A stretch of DNA of 64,000 nt from Protoeuglena noctilucae (lineage: Eukaryota). A program made the position numbers and the translations under genes. The stretch is from positions 744,001 to 808,000 of the forward strand of contig OY253683.1 in the NCBI GenBank assembly GCA_958009085.1, written 5' to 3'. The notes under the pieces are model-generated. The model was not told where the DNA came from and did not search any database. It saw only the letters and a program-made list of their open reading frames with translations. This document shows, one piece after another, positions 23,602 to 35,903 of the stretch; the stretch's first letter is position 1; every line of letters starts with the position of its first letter.

Positions 23602-25515
23602 ATGTGGGCCGTCCGTCGGCGTCGGGCGCTCAATGTTGGTCACGCCTGTGGCAGGCTCTGCGGGGAAGGCGGCACGAACAGTGTGTGGGGCATCGCGGAT
23701 TGCCCATCCGAGTCGTGGTGGGCGGCGGGGTGCAGTGCGGGCGCCGGTGGGGACGGAGGGTGTGTGCAGGACGCTTCGGGTGGCGAGAGGGGCTGGCAAA
23801 GATCGGGGCAGGGGTGGGGTGTGCAAGGATGGGCAGAGCAGGGTTCTTGTGTGGTGGAGAGGGCAGGTCGGGGTGTGTGGTATGGGTTGGCGAGGGGGTG
23901 GAGGGTGGGGGATGCGTGGGGATTGAGAGCGAAGTGGGCATGGGAGGGCCTTGGGTGTGGGTCAGGGAGTCGTGATGAGAGAAGATGGGGGCCCCGCGGG
24001 GATGTGCGGCGATCAGATGGTCGCATCAGCCGGGGCTGGAGCAGCGGGGCGGGTGACAGGGGCGGTGCTGCGGGTGGCAGAGACGACGGTGTGGGTGAGA
24101 GACGAGGCGGTGGGGTGGGCGACGGGGGCGGTGCTGCGAGTGGTGAAAGCACATCAAATGGCGCGGGTTCGAGTGGAGATGCCACACACGCCAACTACGG
24201 TGCCGTCCCGTGGCTGTTCAAGGCGACGCCCCAAGCACTCCACCCATACTGGCACCTCATGCGCCTAGACAAGGTGAGAGCGAGAGGGTCGTGTGGGCAG
24301 CACAGTGTGGCTAGCATAGCCACGCGCTCAACCCTTACCTGCACCCCCACTGGCACCCTCTTCACCCCGACCCATCGCCCCCCACCCTCGCCCGCAGCCC
24401 ACGGGCACGTGGCTCCTGGCCTGGCCCTGCATGTGGTCCATCACCCTGGCATGCCCTCCTGGCCAGATCCCAGACTTTGGCATGATGGCGCTGTTCGGTG
24501 CTGGGGCGGTGCTGCTGAGGGGAGCGGGGTGCACCGTCAACGACCTGTGGGACAGGTTAGTGGTAAAGTGCATGTGGAGTTGGATGTGAGGTACATCCAA
24601 GGCAAATGAGCTCGCCACGTGACCCACCATCCACCACCCACTCACTCCACTCACCTACTACCCTCATATCACAACCTGTTCCCCTTCCGCTCCACTTCCC
24701 CCAGGGACCTTGACCGCCGCGTCTCCCGCACCCGCACCCGCCCCCTCGCCTCCGGCGCCGTCTCGCCCCTCCAAGCCACCGCCTTCCTGGGCGCCCAGCT
24801 CCTCTCTGGCCTCGTTATTCTCCTCCAACTCAACCCCTTCAGCCAGGCACTGGGCGCCTCCTCTCTCCTACTCGTGTGCACCTATCCCTTTATGAAAAGG
24901 GTTACATGGTGGCCCCAGGCGTTCCTAGGATTGACGATCAACTGGGGAGCGCTCCTCGGCTGGGCCGCGGTCGACGGATCGCTGCATCTCCCGGCCACGC
25001 TGCCCCTGTATGTTTCTGGCGCTTGCTGGACGCTGGCGTATGACACGATCTACGCCCACCAGGACAAGAGGGATGACGAGGAGGTGGGGATTAAGTCAAC
25101 AGCAAGGAGGTGAGGAGATGGGTGGGGGTGATAATGGATTTTCTCTCAGTTAATCAATTCCACCCCCCCTTTCCCTCACCTCACCCCCACACCTTCTCAC
25201 CCCCTCACCCCTCAACACCCCGCTCCTTTCCTCCCCCCCCACAGATTTGGCGCCAACACCAAGCCCTGGCTGTCACTCTTCGCAGCAGGTAGCGCTTTGG
25301 GGCTGACCATGGCGGGCGCGGGTGCGGATGCCGGCGTGCTCTACTATGGCGGCGTGGCGCTGGGCACAGCACATTTGGCGTGGCAGATAGCCACGGTCGA
25401 TTTGGACGATCCGCGCGATTGCATGGCCAAGTTTGCGTCGAACAGAGATTACGGGGCGATCGTGTTTGCGGGGGCGTTGGGGGACAGGCTGGTCGCGGCT
25501 GCTTGGGGGGGATGA
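23602..25515 (+). CDS. COQ2: 4-hydroxybenzoate polyprenyltransferase (UbiA family, mitochondrial)
   Basis: [82 protein letters not shown]. The only in-frame ATG before the core is at 23602. Confidence 0.95.
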
Positions 25516-27152
25516 CAGGGCGGTCTATGGGTGTGGAGGGGTGGTTACAGTTGGGAAGAGATACATTGCGATGGGATGGTGGGGGGTGGTGGAGGGGTGG
25601 GTGGAGGGGGGGGCGGTGGTGCGGGGATAGATAGATGGGGGTGGGTGTCGAGTGCTGTCATGGCAGAGTGCCTCTTGCTTGGCTAACTCACGTGTCATCC
25701 TTAGTGAGCGTTGGCTCCACTGCCGTGCTTACTGACAACAGTCGCGTGTCTGTTCAAACGTGGCGCAAGGGTGCGCGTATGACACAGCGTGTATGAAACA
25801 CTCTCACACGTGGGGTTGCCCCGGGGGCCTTACCCACTACAGCAGTAAGGGTGCGCCCATGTGAGCTCATGTGAGCTAAGTGCGTGTGCGCCCACTGGAG
25901 CTTAGTGGGTGTGCTGATATGCAAGCAAGCAAGGCGGGCGTGGCGACATGACTAAGGACTAAGCGCGCCCGGTCGGCCCTCTCAAGGGGCCTAGGAAAAG
26001 CCACAAACGAAAGCAATGACCCGTCTCTCGCCATCTCTATCCACTTGCGCTGCACTGCGCCCCTCCGGCCGCCGCCACTGCCGCCGCCACTACCGCGAGC
26101 GTGCTGGCGGGATGCCGGTGCGTGAGCGGGCACTGCCGGAAGCATAGAGGCGATAAGAAGGCGCGCATGCATGCATGCAGGATGCGGGTGTGTGCAGGTG
26201 GCATGTCGGCTGTGTAAGGGCCGTGCCAACGTGCAGCGCATGCACACCAACCCATTGCACTCTCGGGCGGCTCAGCGGCAGCGAAATGGAGCCTGCGGGA
26301 AGGCAGCGGCTGCGGCGGGCGCGGCGCTTGCTGCTGTGCTGCGTGGTGCGGGGCAGCGTCAGCCCCTTGTCAGCTCAGCCCCTTAGTGTTGAGCCCCTCA
26401 GTGTTGGGAGGGACCACAGGGACCACATGTTCACAACAACCACAGAGGTCAGCTCGAGGGTGCAAAGCACAGAGCCCTGTTGTGTTGTCAAGGGCCGCAG
26501 GGGCAGCTCTCAGGGATGGCAGGGAGCGCGCTCGCTGCAAGGCGCAAGACGGGCTGTGACGAGGCGCGGTGTCTTGGCCAAGCGCGCTGGGTGTCATGGG
26601 TAAGGACGGGGCACAGGCGGGGCCGAGGGGCAGCGGTAACGGAGGTGGCGGGGGCAGGGTGGGATGGGATGCGGATGGTTGAGGGAACGAGAAAGCGAGA
26701 GAGGCGAGGCGGCGCCCGGACTGGCGGGGCTGTGCGCCCGGGGCTATGTGGGGGCTGGGCTGCAGGGTGCGAGGTGCAGGCGGGAGGCTGCATGCCCAAG
26801 CGCGGTGCAGGGTGTGAGGTGCAGGCAGTGCAGTGCTGCGCGCTGCACGCGGTGCGAGGTGCATGGGGAATGATGCACGGTGCACGGCGCGCACGCTGCA
26901 GGCTGTATGGTGCACGCTGCATAGTGCGCGCTGCTGCACATGCTGCCGGCTGCTTGCTGCGCCTCCCCCAAGGGACCCACACGGCGCCCGGAACGAAAAC
27001 GAAACGAAAAAGTAAAGGTAAAGGGAGGCGGGACGGAGAGGGGCGGGTGACGCCGCCGGGACTGCGCGCGCGTGCCCCAGGCTTTGTGCTGCGGCGGGGT
27101 GGCGCATCGTGCTGTGACAGGGCGCCCGCCGGATTGCATCGTGTTGTGCCCG

Positions 27153-30152
27153 TCATTGCGGCCCGTACTCCCCGCTGTACTCGTACGAGCTGCACACGAG
27201 CTGCGGGGGCGCAGAGGGACAACGACGGTCGCCAACAGAGATCACCCAACAGAGAAGCCGACACAGCGGCGCTCAACAAGCAAGCCAAAGACCACACACC
27301 ATCATACATACGTATACCTACCACATCCCTCCTCGGACACGATTCGATCCTCCACCCATCCACCCGCCCCGCACCCTCACCTGCGCGTTCCCGGCGCTGC
27401 CCTCCGGTGACTGCGTTGCCCCTCCCGTGGACCCACCGCCCCCCGCCACGCACGTCGCGCCGTTGGACTGCCCGCTGCCCGACGCGGCCCCCGGGTTCCT
27501 CGCCAGCAGCGCCTTCAGCAACGCGATTGTGTCCTGCAAGACCACGTGCTTGGCCCTCTTGTCTTGGCCCCCGCACACCTGGTCAGGCCCGGGTGGCACA
27601 AGCACCCTCAGCTCATTGAGCAGCCGGTTGATGCGGTCTCTCCGGGCCTTCTCCATTTGCGGGTGGTACAGCTTGTCGCCCGCCTGTGCCGTGACGCCCG
27701 CTGCCAACGAGTCGCGGCGCGGGCGGCTGGCGGAGGCGACGGTGGGGCGGCCACCGCGGCGCACGCCGCCCTGGGAGAGGGGTGGGGTAAGGGAGTGGTG
27801 AGTGTTGGGAGTGGGGTTGGGAGTGCAGTGTGGTACAAGGTGCACGCCGCCCTGGGAAGGGTGGGGTGGGGTATGGGGGGTGGTGAGTGTTCGGAGTGGG
27901 GTTGGAGGGGTGTTAGAGTGGGGTAGGGGTGGTGTTGGAAGTGAGGTTGGGAGGTGGGAGTGTTGCACAAGTGCTGTTGACTGCATCAAATGCAAAGCAT
28001 CACCTTGGCCTTGACAGCGTTGCTGTTGGATGCGACAACCAAGCAGTACTAAACCAAAGCATAACAAAGCGTCATCACCTCGGCCTTGACGGCGATGGTG
28101 CTACCTAAATGCGACATCCCTCATCCCCTGTGTCACCTTGGCCTTGACGGCGTTGCTGTTGGACGCCCCCGCGCTCTGGGGGCTGGGTGCCGCGAACGCC
28201 GCCCCGACCCCGCCCCTCACTGTCTCCTCGTGAAAGCTCGAGGCGAAGGGGTGGGTTAACGCGGAGGGCAAGTCCACGGGACTGCGTATGGGGGGGGTGA
28301 GGGGAGCTTCATAAGGAAGGGACTGGGCGGGCGTGGTGGTGGTGGCAGTGGTGGTCGTGGTGGGTGGCGTAAGGTAGCAAGGGTGCGGGTGGGGTGGGGG
28401 CAGTAAAAGCCACCAGCATGCATCATTCGTCGGCAAGTGTGTAAGCAAGCAAGTCAGCAAGTGTGTAAGCAAGTCATAAAGCAAGTGACCCCACGCATCG
28501 CATCTCACTTGTCGTGGGCGCTGTGGCGAGCGGAGGCCTGCCCCCCGGCTGGCACGGACAGGGCGTGGTGGAGGGGGTGCGCGGGGCCTGGCGGGTGGAG
28601 GTGCGCGTGCACGTTGGGTAAGGCGATGCGCATGGTGGGCTTGATCGATTGGCCGAGGGACATCGTGCTAACGGAAGGGCCCAGGAGGGAGCCTCCGTGC
28701 ACGGTGCCGGCGCGCGCGCGGGCATGGTCCTCGAATGACGCCCGGAAGCCTGCAGAAAACGTGATGTGCGATGATATCGTGATCGTACCGTGACGAGATC
28801 GTGACACGTGACGTGGGCTGGCGCAGCGGCGCGTGGGCTGCTGGTGCGGGTATAAATGGGGTCGCGAGGTCGCGGTGAATACGCGGTGGTTGCGGCGAGC
28901 GGCAGAGGGGGCGCGGGGCAGCAATGCACCGGCGCAGAGAGCGCTGGGAGTGTGTCGGAGTGCGCGCATGTCGCCCACTTGCCTGAGTTGTCGTGGCCGT
29001 AGAGGGCTTGGAACGCGAGCCCCGCGCCGTGGTAGGTCTTTGAAGGGCCGTGGACGGAGCTGCCGACCTCGTTGTGCGCCACGCTGCCCGTGAAGGTGGG
29101 CGCGGCCAGGGCGCCCGTGTCCCCCGACGCGGCGGGCGCCGCGGAGGGGCCGGGGTCGTGGAGCTCGGACGACAGGAACTCTTGCAGGATCTGGATCTCG
29201 CTCTCGGGGATCAAGTCGTGGTCCAGCACGCAGTCGTCCAGGGGAGAGCTCTCCTCGCCGTGATGCCGCGTCTGCGGGGGTCCAAAGCCACCGGATTCTC
29301 GCGCGATGCGTCATATCCGCATCAAAACAAGCGGGGAGCTCGCCGCACGCGCGCTGTGCGCGTCATCGGGGCGGGGGAAACCGGCGAGGGAGCCGGCGAA
29401 CCCGTTAGGGCCGCAGGGACGCAAAGGGGGCCCGAGAAGGGGAAAAAGGAGCTAGATATCGATGTGAATGATAACATGGAGGGCCAGGCGAGCAAAAATA
29501 TCGCCACCCCGGCCCGCACGGGCCTGCCAAGATGCCGCGGCAGGTAGCACGCTTCCAGGAGCCGCGAATGCGCGGCGCGGGCATCCCTCCAAGCCATTGG
29601 CGTCATGTGCAAAGTCTGACCGCGCCGCGAGGCCTGGTGCGCAGGCCGCCGGGCGGCAAAACGCAGGCGGTCAGGCCGGTCACATGGGTCCCCCCGTCGG
29701 GCGGAGGCCTCGCGGGGCACCTCCAACGATTTGAGCACTCGTGTTGCGCAAGAGGGGGCTCGTAAGGAACCCCAGCGCGCTCGCTAGCCCCGCCGGGATG
29801 ACGGCTGCTGGAGCCAGGTCCCCCGCCCGCAGACGCGCGGGCAGAGGGCTCGCTGGGGGCAGGACGCCGTCGGAAACGAGACAAACCACCTCGCGGCAGG
29901 CTCCAGCGCGCCAGTGCCGCCGGCTGGGCGCCGAACGGGGCTCCCGCCCTGCCGTCGCCCAGCCGGGGCCGCCCGCAGCAAATGGCGTGGCATGGCCTGC
30001 GCCCGGCCCAAGCATTTGACGCATAGCACGCGGGGAGGCCTTCCCAGTACGTGATTCCTCACCCGTAAAAACTCTGCGATAGGATCGTCCCCTGCCTCCA
30101 GGCGCCCGACGAAGCCGCACTCGCTGAGGTCCATCGGCGCCTCGAGCAACAT
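27153..30152 (-). CDS. bHLH transcription factor
   Basis: YHPQMEKARRDRINRLLNELRVLVP...KRAKHVVLQDTIALLKAL at about 27500-27670. The last exon is LVCSSYEYSGEYGPQ*. The first exon is uncertain (ATG 29366 or 30152, both with phase-0 donors). Confidence 0.8.
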
Positions 30153-30451
30153 GGAGCGCGTCCCGCGCACCACGAGCGTCCCCCCGCCCGCAGGCAGGGC
30201 GCCTCGCAGGGTCTCTCACACGCGCGTCGCAGGCCCTTCTTCTAGGCACCCCAGGTCGGACGAAAGCGACGCCCACTGCATCCGGTCGTTTCATCCATCT
30301 GCCGAGGCGCCGCCACCCATGTGCACCATGTGACCCACATGGCCACAGTGACACTGGCGGCGAGGGCACACCTGGCCCATGACAAAGCGCTACTAGTGCG
30401 CGGCTGCCCGCCCCCTAAAGCAGCCATTCGGAAGGAAAAAGCGTCGGCGTC

Positions 30452-33400
30452 TCAGCCCGCAGATCCGAACGACCGGTTCAGCGCGTCGTCGCCTCCCACG
30501 ACCTCCACCCCCGCCCGCCGCAGCTCCTGAATCGCCAGCGCCTCCACCCTCTGCGGAGGGGTGATGCAAAGCCCGGCGTTGGATTGCGAACCGCAGCTGC
30601 GCGTTTGATCGTTGCAAATCGCATCGCATCGCTTTCCGGAGGCCTCACCCGGGCCTTGGACTTCCCGCCCGTGACCGCCACGGCCCAGGCCTCGCACGGC
30701 TGGCCCGCGCCGGCCCCGCCCGCGCGCGCGTGCTGCGCCAGGCGCTGCGCGAGGTTGTCCGTCTCGCCGCAGTAGAAACGCCCGTCCCCGCTCCGGCGCA
30801 GAAGGTACACGAAGGTGTTGCGCTGCGCTTGCGGGGGCGGCTCCTCGCCCGGCCGCAGGTGCAGCAGGTCCCTCGGCGACAGCGGCGCGCCTAACAGCCG
30901 AGACGACACCGCGCGAAGCACGTCCGCGGCCAGCTCCGCCTTGGACGACGCGGCGCGCGGGGGCGATCCTCCGACCGCCTCCCGCAGCGGCACGGGCCGC
31001 CGCAGCACCAGCGTCCTGCGCGGAGATGCGATGGCAGTGTTGAATAATGCAATTATATCTATACAACGCACCCTTCGGATCCCCGGCTGCACCTCAACGT
31101 CGCGAGCTGCAGTGTCGCGCCTCACCGCGCGTTGACAGGACTCGATCCCCGCTCCGCCGGCGCCTGGGGCCCGGCCGACGGCGACGGCGCACGGCTGACA
31201 TCGCCAGCTGATGCCGTCGCCTCCTCCACTAGCGCTCCCGCCACCTCTCCCGCTCCCACCCGCCTCGCCGCCTCGCCAGCTGGGCTCGTTTCGGCCAGGT
31301 CGCCGGAACCGTCATCTGACTCGACCTCCCACTCCTTGCCATCCCCAGCACTCACGTCATCGTCGGCATCGTGCTTTGACAAGCGGCTGGCTGAGGCTGC
31401 TGACGGTGCTGGTCGGATGTGTGGCTCCGAATCGGCGTGGGCGGCATGCGGTGGCGAAGGAGGGCGTGGGGCGGCGGGCGGGGACAGGCCTGCACAGGTG
31501 CGGGGGCGCTAGAGGAGGTGACTGAGGTGGCGTGATCGACGGACGACGTCGGCATCACCATACCTAGCCGCTCGAAATACACAAACTGGCACGAACACTT
31601 CATATCAACTTATCCCTCACCCTCGTGCTCCTGCATCAGCACGTTCCTCAGCTCCCCCGCCCTCCGCAGCACGTCCTCGTGCACCCCACACTGGCGCGCC
31701 ACCGTCAGTGCCAGAGAGTCCATGCTCACGCCGGGGCCCAGGCGGAACGTGCTCCTGTGATGGGGAGATGTGGAGTTCATATGCAGGGCAGTGATCATAT
31801 GGCCAAGCCAGCACCTGCAAGGTGCAAGTGTATTCATAGTGTGACTATGAATGTGACTATGAACTGAAGTAAACATCTTAACTCCTCTACACACACTGCC
31901 ACCCCCACTGCCACCTTGCTGCTACCCTCACTGCCACCCGCACCAGCACACCTCACCCCCACAACCCCCACCCCACTCCTCCTCACCTCATCCTGTCCCC
32001 CCTCCCCCCCTCCACCTCCGCCGCGCCCATTTGCATCAACATCACGGGCGATCGAAGCGGGTCCGCGAGGTCGATTGCCAGTCCCCCCCGCGTCGCGAGC
32101 GTCAGAAAGTCGCGGGTGAAGTGCGTGGCAAGGAAACCCCTGGGAGTGGATGTGGGGTAAGTGCGAATAATCATAACTAACATTTTGTTAGTTGGCAGCG
32201 TAGATATGGTTATTGTAAGGTAGGTGGAGCGTCGTACGTCAGACAGGTGGCAGGACGCTTTGGTAGCAAACAAAAGGAAGGAACGGTCGCCAACCCCACC
32301 ATCCCCCCCTCTTACCAACCCCAGTGACCAACCGTTAGTCACCCACACCCACTCACCTCCCCCGCTCACCCATACCCACTCACCTCCCCCACCCCACCAC
32401 CTCTCCTCACCCCCCACACCACCACCACTACCCCCCCACACACACCACCACCCCACCCCACCCCTCACCTGGCCCCCCTGTCCCCTTTCCCCACCCCTAC
32501 CCGTCACAACCACCACTCACCCACCCGACCCCACCAACCCCTAATCCCTCACCTTGCCCCCCTGTTCCCCAGATGCTCCAGGAACGCCGCCGCGATGCTG
32601 GCGCCGGAGCTGGGATCGGTACCCTTCCCCAACTCATCGATGAGCACCAGCGAACGCGACGTGCAGTCCCGCACCACCTCGCCCATCTCCCGCATCTCCA
32701 CCGCGAAGCTGGAGGAGCCTGGGGGAGGGAGATAATTGAAAATGTTATGATTACTATGACTATTATCAGTTTTTTGTAATCATACATCTCCCGCATCTCC
32801 ACCGCGAAACTGGAGGAGCCTGGGGGGGTGGGACTTGATAATAATACTATTATTAATGTTAATAATATGTTATGATAGCGCATCTCCCGCATCTCCACCG
32901 CGAAGCTGGAGGAGCCTGAAGGGGCCACAGATGGGGTATGCGTGCTTAGTACAACGCAACTAACACAAGCATCTGCAGTACCACCTCACAACCCGGCTGC
33001 CACCACCCCCACTGCCACCCCCACTGGCACTCTGACCCCCACTCAGTCACTCAGTCAATCAGTCAACCACTTCCATCTCACCCGCGGCAGGGTTGTCCGC
33101 AGAGAAGTTCCTCAGCACAAAGGCGTCACACAACCTCACTGCCACCCTCACTGCCACCCTCACTTACACTCGGTCACTCAGTCTATCAGCCACTACAATC
33201 TCACCCGCGGCAGGGTTGTCCGCAGAGAAGTTCCTCAGCACAAAGGCGTCCAACCCCGGCACCGACGCCGCGTCTGCCGGCGCCAGAAACCCGCACCGCG
33301 CCAGTAAACACGCCGCGCACACGGAGCGGAGCAGGCTGCTCTTGCCGCCCATGTTGGGGCCGGTAATCAGGCCCATGCGGTCGATATGGACGTCGTTCTT

Positions 33401-35830
33401 GACTGCAAGGGGTTGTGAGTGGGGATCCAGTTATACAGTTATATAACATAGCCATAGTCATGTAATAACTATGAATTTGTATCATAATTATAGCATACAA
33501 GCATGATTAAGCCCATAATCTTTCGTTTCTCTCACCGGGCGGGTCGATGTCGTCGGTGGGGTCGAGCCAGTAGGGCCAGAGACCCCTCAGCTGGATGGGG
33601 GGGATTCGATCCGATACTGCGTGGAGGGTAAGGAATAGTACTGGCGGTCTACTAATTCAGCTTGTTTGTTGGCCAGTGGCCAGTTCCCACCCTCGCATGC
33701 GTAGCAAGCCACTCTCACTTTGCACCCCTCACCGCCACCGCCACTCTACTCGCACCCCCACTGCCACCCTTAACACCACCCTCAACACACACCAACACAC
33801 CACTCCCACTGCCACCCCCACTGCCACCCTCACCCTCCTCACCCCCCTCCTCCGGCCACTCCGGCAAGCACCATCTCTTGGCCAGCCCGTGCCTGACGTG
33901 GTGCGTCAATGCACTGAACACCACCGCAAACCACGAAGCGCAGAGAATGGAGGGGACGCAGGGGGACATACGGGATGCCTGAAAGGGGGAGAGATGGTGT
34001 TTATAATTACTATCGTTATAACAGAGATATAGCTACACAAGCACCGATCCACCGCCCTCATCCCTCTTATCCACCCTCACTGCCGCCCTCAGCCCATCTC
34101 ACATCCCCACCCTCCAAGCCACACCCACTACCACCCCATCTACCAAACGCATCACAGGCTATAGCAGATCCTTTTATTATCAACCTGCATTTCCCCACCC
34201 CCTCACCAGCTCCCCCAGCTCCCTCTCCACCCCCCTCATCGCCCCCTCGCACGCTGCCACGTACCCCTCCCCCGCCCCCTCCACTTCCGCGGTGGTCAAT
34301 GCCTTGCTCGCTTTGCGCTTCTTGCCGCCGGGGCTGTGCAGGCCGTGTTTGCGCAGAAGAGACTCGGGGAAGCCAGCAAAGGAGCGGAGGGGGTATTTGT
34401 CAGAAAGAGGGATGGGGGCTGCGGGGGAGAGGGGGGTAGACATGTATTATTATGGTAATTACATTACATTATTATGGTAATTATGATAATGTCTACTGTA
34501 GTCATGGTATTTTTCTTCATCAATATCATTAACATACAACGACATCAACTGCCTGCACCCCACCCACTCCCCCACCCTCACTATTACACCCCCATTCGCC
34601 CCTCCCACCTCCCCCAGCCATCCCCACTCATCCATCCCCCACCATTACACCCCACCCACCCCCATCCCCCACTCACCCGCCCCCCTCCTCCCCCCGCCCC
34701 CCCCCCTCCCTCGGCCCCACCCTCGCCACGACGACATCCGTGTAATGCAATACCGAGAAATCCACGCACATCGCATTCGGATCGATTCCCGCCTCCTCGC
34801 ACACTGCTTGCGCCCTCATCACCAATCCCCCCATCGCACGCAATAGCCTAATCGCTGCTGATTCGGCGTTTGCATAATAACGGGGCAGCCGGTCCGGCCA
34901 CACGCGGTTGCGATAGGACTCGTTTGATGCGAAAAAGGCACCCACAGAGCTGTGAATGCGGACGTGGATGGTGGGGATGATGGTGGGGGTGACAGGGGTG
35001 ATGGTAGGTGCAGTGGTGGGGGTGGGGTTGGTGATGTGAGGGGGGGTGCTTGATGATGCTGCTTTAGTGTCACCACCACCCTCACTGCCACTCACACCCG
35101 CACCCGCACTGCCACCTGCACTGCCACCCCCACTCACACCCGCTCCCTTCCCCCCCCGCCCCCTCCCCACCTCACCCCCCGCCATCATCAATGGCGGATA
35201 TCTCAACGCCCCAGTGCTTTCATCAATCAACAATGCTTCCCATTTCACCCTCCCACCGCCCCCAATCCCCTCCCCCAACCCCCCATCATCCCCACTCTCA
35301 TCTCCCTCCCCCGTTAACAACCCCCCGCCCTCCATATCCCCACCATATGCATCCAGCTCATCAGATTGACCCATCCCATCGACAGTATCATTATCGATGA
35401 TACCGATGTTGTTATTATCGGTATTGGATACGTCTCCATTGTTGGTAGAATCGCGCATAGCAGCGCTGCAGGTTGGGTCGAGCAAAGCAGCGGCGATGGA
35501 TGGGGGGGCGTAAGTGGGGGTGTCAGTAAACGGGGTGGTGGGGGTGGGGCGGGGGGGGACGACTTGGTTGATGAGATGAGAGGCGCGAGCACAGCCATTG
35601 ACTGCGGGGGAGAGATGGGTGGGGGTAAGGGGTGTGGGGTGGTTGGGAGGGTGGCAGAGGGGGTGGGAGTGGGGGTGGCAGCAGCCCTCACCAACATCTC
35701 ACATTCATTTAAATCCCCATTTCATATTTTCCAAATCCTCTAATCTCACCGATATCCCCCAGACCCAAGTCCCCGTCTCATATATAATAATGTTTTATAT
35801 AATAATAATAATAATAAAAAAAAAAAAAAA

Positions 35831-35903
<73 letters not shown>

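Noticed and set aside
25520..27150. Long ORFs (e.g. 26480..27619, 26370..27107)
   Set aside because: No motifs and low-complexity GCA/GGT-rich sequence; probably convergent 3'UTRs of COQ2 and the bHLH gene.
30452..31020. GIY-YIG nuclease as a mobile element or homing endonuclease
   Set aside because: It is the known C-terminal domain of plant-type MSH1.
32684..32918. 38-nt repeats with unique spacers as a CRISPR array
   Set aside because: The repeat is MSH1 acceptor plus exon sequence; reported as a junction echo.
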